From positions 41,168,001-41,232,000 of the forward strand of contig NW_026262679.1 in the NCBI RefSeq assembly GCF_021869535.1: a stretch of DNA of 64,000 bases, read 5' to 3'. The stretch's first letter is position 1. The number at the start of each line of letters is the position of its first letter. Position numbers and translations under genes: made by a program. Source of the stretch: Mytilus californianus. Taxonomy: Eukaryota. This document shows, piece after piece, positions 40,961-52,680 of the stretch. The notes beneath the pieces are model-generated. The model made no database searches, had not been told where the DNA came from, and saw only the letters and a list, made by a program, of their open reading frames with translations.

Positions 40961-41059
40961 TTTTTTTTGGATTTTTTCAATTACCATGCTACAAAATTTA
41001 AGTTCACAAAGTATAAGAAAATTCTGTCATTTTTTTTCTATACCCCTGAACTACCTTAA

Positions 41060-42720
41060 ATAAGAAAGGTTGTAATTTATTACAAGAAACATTATAACCT
41101 CCCCATACCTCTGAATTATATAACAGAATGGGTTTAAGGGTATGATCAAAAATATGAACACAGGCTTTTATTCCAGGAGACATATTTATAAAATCCTTTC
41201 TTAGTTTATAATAGGTCTTAAGAGCCTTATTATATAATTAAGTTTTAGCTAGATGAAAACTTCAGATGCAGTGAAGTGAACACTTAAGTATTTGTAATGA
41301 GAGACACAATCAATCAAGTTATTCTGTAGCAGGAAATCAGCCTGAATTTTTCTTCCAGCCTAATTAAAAATGATAACTTTAGTTTTTCTTATATTAACTT
41401 TCAGGCACCAGTCAGCACAATATTTTTCTAGCTGATTTAGTCTACTTTGGAGACCTGTGGCTGATGTTGATAATCACAATATCATCTGTATACATCAAAC
41501 AATTCAATTTCTCTAAGTGAAGAAACTGCATTCAGACAGGAGTAAAGATAAGATGGAAAGTCATTTATAAAAAATTTTATCAAGAAGGACGCAGGTTATC
41601 CCCTTGCCTTACACCTAATTTAATGCTAAATGGGTCAGTGAGAGAAGCCCCAACTCTTACACATGCTTTACGATTCTTATACGTATCTGATATAATATTA
41701 TAAAACAAGTACCAACTTTCATATTGATAAGCTTCAGTTTTAGACCTATATGAATTACACTGTCGAATGCTTTATGAAAGTCTACAAAAACAAGTATATA
41801 ATCTACCCTCTTTACTGTGACAGTATTTGTCTATCAGTGTTTTTAGTATAAATGTATGATCTGAAGTTCTGGCATTTTTTGTAAAGCCAATCTGAGAATT
41901 ATGAATTAAATTATTTTGGTACAAACATTTGTCAATTCTTGTATTTAAAATATTGTTAAAAGGTTTACCAATGGCACTAGTAATTGTTATAGTATTACCT
42001 CTATAGTTAGATGGATCACAAGGATCATCAGATTTGAAAATTGGCGAAATATAATATAACCATCAGCCCAAATCGTTGGGTACACACTGTTCTTGAGGCA
42101 TAAATTAAACAATTTATATAAGCAATTTCACGCCTGGTAAACCATCAAATCTCAACCAAATGGTTAAGCGAGAAAAAAGTTTACTGGCACTTCCTGTTGA
42201 GCTTTTCTGGTACAAAATATCAAAAAATATAGATAGGGTAGGTCGACTTTTCATCAATTTATTATCAATCTGTAAATATTTTGTAAAATAGGAGAATGTC
42301 ATGCCATAGATAACTAAATGAGAGCTTGTCTCGTTCATTACTCGACACCAATGTAATTTAGAATGACAGAACTTCAGATCATATTGCCTTTTATAGCAGG
42401 ATCCTTATGATATCTTGAATAAATGTTACCTAAAGATATAACATTTTTGCGCATTTGAAAAAGATCGTTATCAAACCATTTTTTCTGGGGTCTGGAGCCC
42501 TTCTTAATCTTTTTAGGGGTTACCAGGGAAATTTTGGCTGCTGATAGAAAAATATCAAATAAATCCTGTGCCTTTTTGTTAATGTCTTCTGAAGAACAAT
42601 TGCTATCATTAATAAGGAAAAATGAAATTTTCAGCTGGGTATCTGGTGACAAAAGTGCTTGCTGAAATTTAAGTTGAGAGTCATCAGTCCATTTGAAATT
42701 AACAGGGGCAGTACATATTT
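41060..42720 (-). mobile_element. CR1/L2-group LINE, reverse transcriptase portion (5'-truncated, decayed)
   Basis: Minus strand: KKWFDNDL, PIFKSDDPCDPSNYRG, LGVRQGDNL, CLMYTDDIV, YCADWCLKVNIRKTK, IFDHTLKPILLYNSEVWG, with stops and frameshifts. Confidence 0.9.
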
Positions 42721-43741
42721 AAAATAAAATTGTTCCTACCCATAATTGTAAATATCAAACTATATAGAATATATTGGTAATTTAGGTATCAAATGAAAGG
42801 CAAAGGACTGCTGCTCCTTGTAGAACACCTTTTGACTAATAATTTTGAATAATGAAAAAATGTATGAATCAAATATAAAAAGGACGGCAATTATTGCGTA
42901 TTGTCTGTTTCTAGTTTATTTTAGTTGTTTGGATGTTTAACGTTCTACAAAAGAACTAAATCCCCTCAGCCGGCGGTTTCTTTGCGGATTTTTTTAATAG
43001 AATCATATATTTTAGGCACTGACCGTTCATCTTTTGAGGGGGCATGAGTTTGCTCTCATGGAAACTTTTTCTTGATTAAAATAAAAAAAAAAATTTAAAT
43101 TTTCAATAACATACAGAAACTAGAAATTTAGTTCGAAACACAATGTATTATTTATTTCCCCCAAATTTTCACTGGTAACAAAGTATTTTGTTCACTTTCC
43201 TCCTAAACAAGGAATTAATTAAAATATGTATTCAAGACATTTTAAATCAAACTATGTATTTAAAAAAAAACAGCCCACAAAAGATGAATGGTAGGTGTTG
43301 CATTGAACTTTCGAAAATGTTTCCTTATAATAAAAAAAAGCAACAGTTGTTCGTTACATATAACGACATCATGATATATTTAGGATAATTAGGTCGAAGA
43401 AACCATTTTTGATGACATCTGAATGAGAAATTAAATATTTTTTAACATGTTTTGCTATGTAGTTTATTTCGTATATCTGTAAGCTGGTAACGCATTGATA
43501 TGTTCACCATATTACCCCTTGTTATTATCTATATAGTGATTAATATCATCTTTACATAACAGTATATTGCAAGACGCCGTACAGAAAACAGTTGAATATC
43601 TGGCCAACGGGACTGTAGAAATGGTTAAAGTTAAAGGAATTCTTACCTTGTTTATTTATTTCTTTCTTTCTCTCCGCTCGTTGGTACCCAATTTCCGGTG
43701 GCGATGATACACAGTGAGATACTAGGTTTATAATCAAGTAT

Positions 43742-43780
43742 GTCCGACACGTGTTTTGTCCATATAAGACTCATCAGTTG
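43742..43780 (-). ncRNA. Degenerate minimal type I hammerhead ribozyme relic
   Basis: Minus strand CTGATGA-GTC-TTATATG-GAC-AAAA-C-ACGT-G-TC. G12 is mutated to A and stem I is poorly paired, so it is probably inactive. Confidence 0.5.
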
Positions 43781-45487
43781 AGTTCAAACCAAAACCTAAA
43801 TCAGTAACTAACTTGATAAAACATAACTGAATATGTATTTCTACACAATAATGAACACGTGTGGTCCTACATCCTGTCGATACTTATATTTTGGCATTGC
43901 AAAAGGTTATGTTTTGCACACACTGTTTATGACGTCTTTACACGAAAAACATTTGCTGTGTAATGATTTATTTATTAGTTGTAATTGGCTTTGAACTGCG
44001 AGTCCTCTAAGGTCTGTATTTTGTGTCTTTAGTCTTTTTAGTGAGGAAAAGAAGAAACTGTCAAGTTAAGGCTGGCTAATGTTTAAAGAGCAGATTTCTC
44101 AACATGTCTTGAACAAATAGATGATTCAACATTTATTTCTCCTACAAAGAGCTAACCAGTAACATTCCATGTTTTGTCATGTCTGCGCCTTTTATGACTA
44201 ACCACACGGTGTGGTTTTTGCTCATTGTTGAAGGCAGTACGATGACCTATAGTTTCTGGATCCGCTTCATGTTGGACGCTGTTGGATAGTTGTCTCATTA
44301 GCAATCATATCACATCTATTTATTTTATAAAGCAAGGTGTGTATGCTCGCTCATTTTGTTCGATACTAGTATTTGGTAGATGATGATAAAAATTTTAAAA
44401 GAGAGGCGAAAGATACCAGAGGAACATTCAAACTCATAGGTAGAAAATAGAAAGATTTTCTCATTTAAAACAAACAGCAGAAAAAAAGAAGATATTCATT
44501 CATTGCAAAAACGATGGTAATATAATCTTGAGTTTTAATAGGAAGACTAAGCTATTTTCCCCCTTAATTTCAAGTTTTCATAACATTTTCCTTGCTATTC
44601 CATTCCATTTCTATTTATTTTTTTATTGAAAGAAATGATATTTTGAAGGTGCAAAATAATGTATATCTTTAAACTACCTTTTTCCTAATAATTGAATTTT
44701 GTTCTTAAACAACACCCATTCACTAAACAATAGCTATTCAATTTATTTTGTTGACATTCGAGGAATAGATATTTTATCAAATGTACGTATTCCAGGAAGA
44801 CACCGTTATCTAAACGCAAAATGTACTTGAACTTGTTCATATTTCTGGATTTGTCTTTTATAGGTTTATTGAATGCATAATAAGTGTTTCTGTTTTTATA
44901 TGTGTCATTATTTGCTTTAATTATGTTATGTACTTAACGCAACTTAAATTATTTCCTTGACACGATTTTTATATTATTTATAGGAATATTGAGTAAAGTT
45001 GGTACATAAATTTTTATTTTACACCTTTTTATAGAAATGTACAAACTAGCTAAAACCGTATTGTTGTTTATGGCATTATCTTATCAAGGTAAGTAGTATA
45101 CATGGCATATAAGGCTTGTTTTGCTTAATTTGATCACAGCAATATAAACGCTAAAAGCAAATGCCTCCTTGAATATATTTTGAAAAAACTTTTTAGGGGA
45201 AGGATGAATAATCCCAGAGTGGTATCTATCTATATAAATATTCATATTGATAATTTGTTTCTTTGTTTTTGTTTTTGTTTTTTTTTTTTTTGGGGGGGGG
45301 GGGGGGTCCAAAGGTTTAAAATTTAATAATAAAATAAAATTTAAATAACACCGTGCAGAACCCCACATGCGGGGTGTTGGGTAATTTTTATTCGAAATCG
45401 TTATAAGTTGGAGTGGCATATGTTCTTTTCGAGAAAAATTTTTTCGAATACGGTAGTATGGTGCACGTAAGAACGTATTTTACCGAT

Positions 45488-45600
45488 ATATTATAAATTT
45501 CGAGCCAAGAAGCCAGTACTTCGGTATTGCCATAAAAATGCGGATATTGTTTTATTTAAGTACCGAAGTACTGGTTATTTAGCTGGAAATTGATAAAGTA
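45488..45600. repeat. Small foldback, about 40-bp arms
   Basis: Perfect core CCAGTACTTCGGTA / TACCGAAGTACTGG with imperfect extension outward. Confidence 0.7.
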
Positions 45601-46129
45601 AAGGAAGTTTAATACAGATAAGCTTATTTGAAATGAATATATACTTTTGCTACTGATGTATTTTCTTAATTAAAATTCGATAAAGAAACTTAAGTAGATT
45701 TTGATAACCATTCATACTTTTCAAAACTTCTTTAAAAAGTTCCTTCAAGAGAACTAAAAAATCAGTAGGAAAATATAACAAAAGACGATTTGTTTCAACA
45801 TGGATAACAGTTCAAAACTATTTCTTTGTAGTAAACTGAAACATAAACTAGATTAGAAGATCACCTAAGAATTTTGAAAAACTTTCAAACTCGTTAGTTA
45901 CTTACAAAGTTCCGTATACGTGATCACAATTTAGAATAAGAATTAGGCAGATATTAAAAAAAAGTCCTAGAGGCCTAAAGAACTTGATGTAAACGGAGAA
46001 ATCTGACAAAAAAAGTCACTTAATTCCTATTTAAATAAATGATTGAATATTGTTGATATTCGAATATCACATTTCAAAAATAATTTAGAAATAAAAAAAA
46101 AAAAGTAAGTAGTACGCCCATTTCTAGGA

Positions 46130-47265
46130 TTAAAAACAAAAGTACTCGCAAAGCGTTTTGTGTTCGTACCGACCGACAAAGCACTCAACAATGTGATGGT
46201 GGTATGACGTAAATACTATACGGAAGTCCTTAAGAATGAAATTATACATGCAACTACATTCAAGGCCGTACGCTCCACAGAGAGTCATATAGTAAATAAT
46301 CATGTCACTACCACATCTCAGCTAAAGGCCTCCTCTGAACATTTGAAGGTCCCCACTATGTATTGGTTACCTAAACTACACCAAAAAAGAACGTAGAATA
46401 TCGTTTGATCTCGGCCTCTAGTAAGTGTTCTACTACTAATCTTTCAGTGCTTTTAACGAGTTCCTTAACTACTATCAAAGATCTTATCATTAACTTTTGT
46501 AATAAAACATTTGAAAATAGTGGAATTAACCATTTTTGGAGTGTAAAAAATTCTTTGGATGTTTTAAATAAATTACGTGCTTTTGATGGTCCTTTTGATT
46601 CGGTTGGCAGTTTTGACTTTTCCACTCTTTATACTACACTTCCACACAATCTTATCAAACAAAAGTTCTCCTATCTGGTTGCAAATTTATTTGCTGCAAC
46701 TCATATAAAGCCTCTTTCTCAAATGAGAAAGGTAAATATGATAGATATACTTACTGGAGGTGTGATGAGATGATTAAAGCCGTATATTTTCTCCTGACAA
46801 CATTTATGTACGTTTCGGCAATAAAGTTTATCGACAGATTGTAGGTATTCCTATGGGCACCAACTGTGCCCCTTTAATAGCAGACTTGTTCCTATACTGT
46901 TATGAATCACAGTTTATGACCAAACTCAGTTAAGACCCGTCTAAATTCCATTTAATTGATAATTTCAACAACACATACCGTTATCTTGATGATATATTTT
47001 CGTTAAATAATCAAGAATTCTCTAAATATATTGCCGAAATTTATCCAAAGGAACTTACTTTTAATAAATCAAATATTAACAGCAATAACTGTCCTTTCCT
47101 AGATTTAGATATTTCAGTTTTACACCAGAAACTCTACACTAAAATTTACGACAATAGGGATAATTTTTCTTTCCCTATTGTTAATTTTCCTTTTTTGGAC
47201 AGTATATATATCCCAACTCGTTCGCTATGCCCGTGTCTGTAGTGGCGTTTTGGATTTCAATGAGC
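46130..47265 (+). mobile_element. Penelope-like retroelement reverse transcriptase, decayed fragment
   Basis: FVFVPTDKA, PTMYWLPKLH, SFDFSTLYTTLPH, YRQIVGIPMGTNCAPLIADLFL, YRYLDDIF, PFLDLDI, YISQLVRYARVC, with stops, frameshifts and a deletion. It is followed by CTGATGAG and repeat family B. The GIY-YIG endonuclease is absent. Confidence 0.9.
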
Positions 47266-48458
47266 ATCTGATGAGTTAATAGATATAAGAAGATGTGGTA
47301 TGAGTGCCAATGAGACAACTCTCCATCCAAGTCAAAATTTATAAAAGTAAACCATTATAGGTCAAAGTACGGTCTTCAACACGGAGCCTTGGCTCACACC
47401 GAACAGTAAGCTATAAAGGGCCCCAAAAATTACTAGTGTAAAACCATTCAAACGGGAAAACCAACGGTCTAATCTATATAAAAAACGAGAAACGAGAAAC
47501 ATTTAAGAACCACATCAACAAACGACAACTACTGAACATCAGATTCCTGACTTAGGACAGGTGCAAACAAATGCAGCGGGTTTAAACGTTTTAATGGTAC
47601 CAAACCTTCACCCTTTTTCTGAAACAATAGTGTAACATCACAACATAGAAAGACACACTATAAGATATCAACTGAATTAGCTTAACTCAATCAGAGGACA
47701 TATTAACACCAAGGAACATACACTGAACAAATAAATTTGACCTATGATACAATGTAAATACAAAATAAATAAACTAAGGGAAGAATGATAAAAGTAACAT
47801 GTTATATCGGTATGAAATGTTAAACAATATAAGAAAAACAATATGCTCGAAAGCCCTTTTCAACTGATTTTTATGGTTTGTTCTTATGTTGTGTTGTAAC
47901 ACAACTGTCCCAGGTTAGGGGAGGGTTGAACGCTCACAAACATGTTTAACCCAGCCACATTCTTTATGTGCCTGTCCAATGTCGGGAGCCTGTAGTTCAG
48001 TGGTTGTCGTTGGTTCATGTCTGTCATATTTGTTTTTCGTAAATTGTTTTGTTATAAATTAGGCCGTTAGTTTTCTCAATTAAATTGTTTCATATTTTTC
48101 TTGTCGGGGCCTTTTATAGCCGACTATACGGTATGGGTTTTTTCTCATTGTTGAAGGCCGTACGGTTGCCTATAAAAGTATAATTGCTTACGTCTACTTC
48201 CTTTGAACTTTGATGGATAGTTGTCTCTTTTGCAATCATACCACATCTCCTTTTTTTATACTGTTATTTTGTAACGTATTAGATGATGAAATGCAAAAAC
48301 GTCTCCATTGTTAGCTAAGATCACTAATTCCCAAAGCTGAATGAAAATCAATCTCTGCAGAATTATAAATGGGAAGAAACTATCTGGAAAATTTAGTTGG
48401 GTTTAAAATGTCACTTATGATGTCATAAAAATACAGAAAGTTTTATATATGACCTAAA

Positions 48459-51400
48459 ATGGCCTTTTTACTTATAGTGTTTGGTATACTGATATATGAG
48501 CCAAGGTTTATCCAATAATTAACCAACAATAACAACTTTGTGTTAGACGTTTTGCAGCAAAATTTTTATGATATGGACTTCTCCTTTATTGAAAATTCTA
48601 ACATTACAGACCAATATCTTAAACATTTGGGTGCCAAATTGTCATTTTCTCGTCATGTATGGCACGAGTTGTATATTTCACACATATTGGAAATCTTTCA
48701 GGTTTCTTGTTACTAGTATATGCAAGGACAGAAATCGTAGGACGAGTTGGAGAAACGGTTATCTTACAATGTCAGACATTCGGGAATCAAAGTCAATGGA
48801 TACGGGAGAATACTGTTTACGGTGATCGAAGGAATATTAATATCAATTTACATAACAAAGACAAGTTAAAGATAGTGGGAAACATACAAAGGGGAGAATA
48901 CAATTTGCAGATAGAGATTGTTTCAAGAGCAGACGCTGGAGTATACAGGTGTATCAAAACTATAGATAGAAAAGTTAATACTACTGAAGTCCTTTTGAAT
49001 ATCGTTGGTTTGTATATGCATACTTTGATTTGTTTTGATTGAAAGTTCAAAATTATTATTTTAGTAAAACTTATATATATATATATATATATATAAATGC
49101 ATTGAACAATTACATTGCACTTGAATTCATGTCAATCTATGTCAGTCTATATCTGATAAATGCACGTCATAATTAATGGTATGTTTTACTAAACGTATAA
49201 ATGCCTAAAAAATGTTGTTGTCGACATAAGTTGTAAATAAACAAATTATAAATTATTGTTAAAATCCTAAATTTCTTACCTTCAAAAATATTGCCAACTC
49301 CTTACTATAAAAGATATTATTGTACTGGTAGAATAAAATATAATAGTACTCAGCGAGTCTTGCATCTTTGTGCGAAAATGATCTTCTTGAATGTGAACCT
49401 TATTTTTGTTTAAGCATTGAATTAGTCACTTCTCAACTTTGTGTAGTTGTTGATGTTTTACTTCCTACTGCTGACCTCATAATTCTCAGATTTTTTTTCC
49501 GCCAACCTTAAAATGCTGAAGATTGGAGACCGTTTTTTTTTAGAGAAAATATTTATTTTTAGAAAAGTTTGAGACATCAAGTTACAACTTTGGTTCGTTT
49601 TCCATTCTTCTAATCTCAGAAACTGTTAGTCTTAGGTACATTATGATAATAATTTAATGTGTCCTTTAGAATTGTACGACTATCAATGGTTACAAGGTAC
49701 TACTTTCTTATGTTTTGACTGAGGCCTATTATGATTAATCCCATGATAAGTTTTAATTGTCCACATAAGTGACCACAACTAACGCCGATACAGTAAGTAA
49801 TAAACCCATAAGGTCTTCGCCAATTAATCATAAATATTTTGTTTAAAATCAAGGGTGCTCGCTTCTCCCATTGCCATGTTTTCCTTCTATTTTGAACCCC
49901 TATGTTGACTTTGGTATAGACATATTTTGAATTAGACTTATTACATACTAAGGGGGCATTCGTTTGACTGTGCATGGTGTTTAAATACTCAGTCACGTTC
50001 AATCGGAAAGGAGGCGTTAAATCTGAAGCTTTTTTTTTAGCCGATTTTCATTCATTTCTTCCCTTACATATCAATTTAACATTTCATGCCAAAATCTATA
50101 GTTTTTTTTAAAGTTTATATTGACGCATATAACTCATTTGAATGCAGTTAGTATTTTGACGATTATTACGATTTCAAATGTAATTGTTTATAGAACAAGT
50201 GAAGATATCACTACCCTCAAATTCACAATTGTTTCTTATCTAAAGTTTACAATTTTATTTTCTAAGCCGTCAAAAAACGGTGTCAGAAGAAATCATTCTG
50301 ATCACTGTTTCTAAAACTATATGAACACACTTGGTCAATTAAAGGATTGATGTATGCGAGGTCCTCTACAAATGATCCTCGTTTGTTTCTAATTGGACGA
50401 ACAACATGTCTACCAGAGGCAAATTGATTTTTGATTCTGATTGTCCAATTTTCAACATTCTTCTTTTCGGTAGTAAAAGACGAAATGTTTTTGAATTAAC
50501 ACGAATGATGACGAGGAGTGACCCTTTTCATTCGATCGATCGGCTGGCATATATAGTGACATTCGTGGCACATAGTTTCCATTGAAATCCAACGGACAAT
50601 GTTTTCATTATTTTCTTTCAACTGCATATCCAATACGAAGTGTTATGAATGATGTAGGAAAGGTTACTCTGCGAAGGATCTACATGTGATTCTGATGAGA
50701 TTAAAAACGGAGCTGAGAGATTAATGTCCCAATTATGCCCTACTTTTAAATTTTCTCACACACAAAGAAAATACTTATGACTGTTGTTATATTTCGTTTC
50801 AACCAAAGAAGTCCTGAAAAAATTATGAGTCCTAATTTCGGTTTGAAGAATTAGTGTTAAAACACAGACCTTTCTGTTGACCTTTAACATGAATCTTAAT
50901 TTCAAGGTCATATGCCATGAATTGCAAATGAAAAAAAATCAGGTTTCTATGGTGTAAGGTTTAAGAGTAACATGCTATTGCCTATGGCTTATTTCAAATG
51001 CTTATGGAGAGAAACCTATATGGAGGCAATGGACTTCTTCGACACAAGTGTATTGGAGATGCGACATGTGACAATGCATTATATCATTAAAAAAAACTTT
51101 TGCTGATATGTCTTTAAGTATCTGGGGAGTATCAATAACTAACTAAAGGTCAAAATCTAAAACGTGACCTTGTTTTATATATCACAAACATAAATCCCAG
51201 CATTTGGAGTGACATATCCTAGTTATTTACGAGTCTATCTTTTTGAAGAAATTCTTAAATGGAGTGTTGTATCCACTCCATGGGAAAATGAACTCTGTGA
51301 AGTTTCTGCTGTTGGAATGATTTTACACAAACGTAGAAAATTACAATGGAACTTGAAGTCATCTTTATTGTTTCAAATTTTAACTCCCAGGTACAGAGTA

Positions 51401-52680
51401 AAATAACAAAAAAAAAAGAGAGGAAGAAGATATAATTGGGACATTCCAAACTCATAAGTCGAGAGAAACTGACAAATTTATGGCAAAACAATGAAAGACG
51501 ACGAAAAGATGTATATACAACTTCACAAGACACTACATAGAAATAAAGACTTAGCAACACGACCACCAATAAAAACTGGGAGTGATATCAGCTGTTGTGG
51601 AAAATGAAAATTATAATTATTCTATAATGATTATATTACCATTATTTTTAATAGATAGCATTGATGGTATAACAGACAATAGTACAGTTTATATTGTCAC
51701 AGAAACAACATTAGCAGAAACCAATATTGATGCAGGTAATTACATCCTTTTTGGTGATGTAGGTTTTATAAATAGGGCGTGTTTTTCAAAACTAAATTAT
51801 GTTTGATAGATTATAAATTGGAATGTGTCTGTAACGGTAAACCTGGGCAATTTTAAGAGCATATTCTAAAACATTATTTTACCAAAATCTGTAAAATATC
51901 CTAAAAATGTACAAGATTGTGACGAAAGAATAACGAATGAGTGAATCAGACTTAATACATAAAAGCCTTTATAACTTACTCTACGGTATCGGTTGTACTA
52001 AATGTTACGTACGGTGACGTATAGTTTGTCCGTTTTTTTATAGTTGTTTCATTGGCAATCATTCCACACCTCCTCGTTTTTATATTAATCATTAACTTTA
52101 ACATTTTTTGTTTCTGTCTTATCTACGAGAGAAAAAAGACTAGAAGAATCTTTTTTTTTCTCTGAGACTTACGATATTTGCAAAATTTACATGTTTGAAC
52201 CATTTTTCACTGTAATGTTTCTCGATACTTTTATTTTTAGATATAACACTTGGAACGATTTTGTCATATGTGACTTCGATAAGTGTAATTCTTTTGGTGA
52301 TTTTCATTGCAACAGTAATACATCTTTGTGTTACAAGAAGGTTTCATACGGGAAAATATTGTCTTATGATGTCAAACAATTACAACGACGAAAATAACGA
52401 CGACCGAATAGATGCTTATGAACTTATTGATAAAAATGTTTCAATCAATACAAACCGAGACGTGGAAAACAGAAGAGAAAAGACAATAAATAGCACCACT
52501 ATTGACACTACAATGATCAGTGACAATACCAAAGTCAAAGAAATTTTAGAATTGACAACAGACAATGTAATGCTTCCAGTTAGAAGTGTTAATGCCAATC
52601 AGGATGGTACCGGGAATTCTTACCTACTGTTACAGGATAACAGGCAGTCGGAACCAAATCATTATAGTATGTGTACATAA
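48459..52680 (+). CDS. Type I membrane protein with a single Ig V-set domain (about 292 aa)
   Basis: Exons 48459-48483, 48702-49007, 49670-49696, 51655-51735 and 52241-52680 (all phase-1 GT-AG, 879 nt, open). Signal peptide MAFLLIVFGFLLLVYA; IgV motifs C..W..YNLQI..DAGVYRC; short Thr-rich stalk; TM ILSYVTSISVILLVIFIATVIHLCV; Tyr-containing tail. The small exons are less certain. Confidence 0.75.

Larger units (their letters stand above)
21737..41055 (+). mobile_element. Kolobok-type DNA transposon, 19,319 bp including nested insertions
   Basis: The left end GGTAGTTCGGGGGT and the reverse-complemented right end GGTAGTTCAGGGGT match 13/14. TTAA flanks both ends (21733-21736, 41056-41059). The flanks rejoin into one LINE reading frame, and the element encodes a DDE transposase. 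Confidence 0.92.

Noticed and set aside
39207-41063. Repeated ORFs MSNFCHF...
   Set aside because: Products of the 186-bp satellite. The frame breaks with 1-bp unit length changes.
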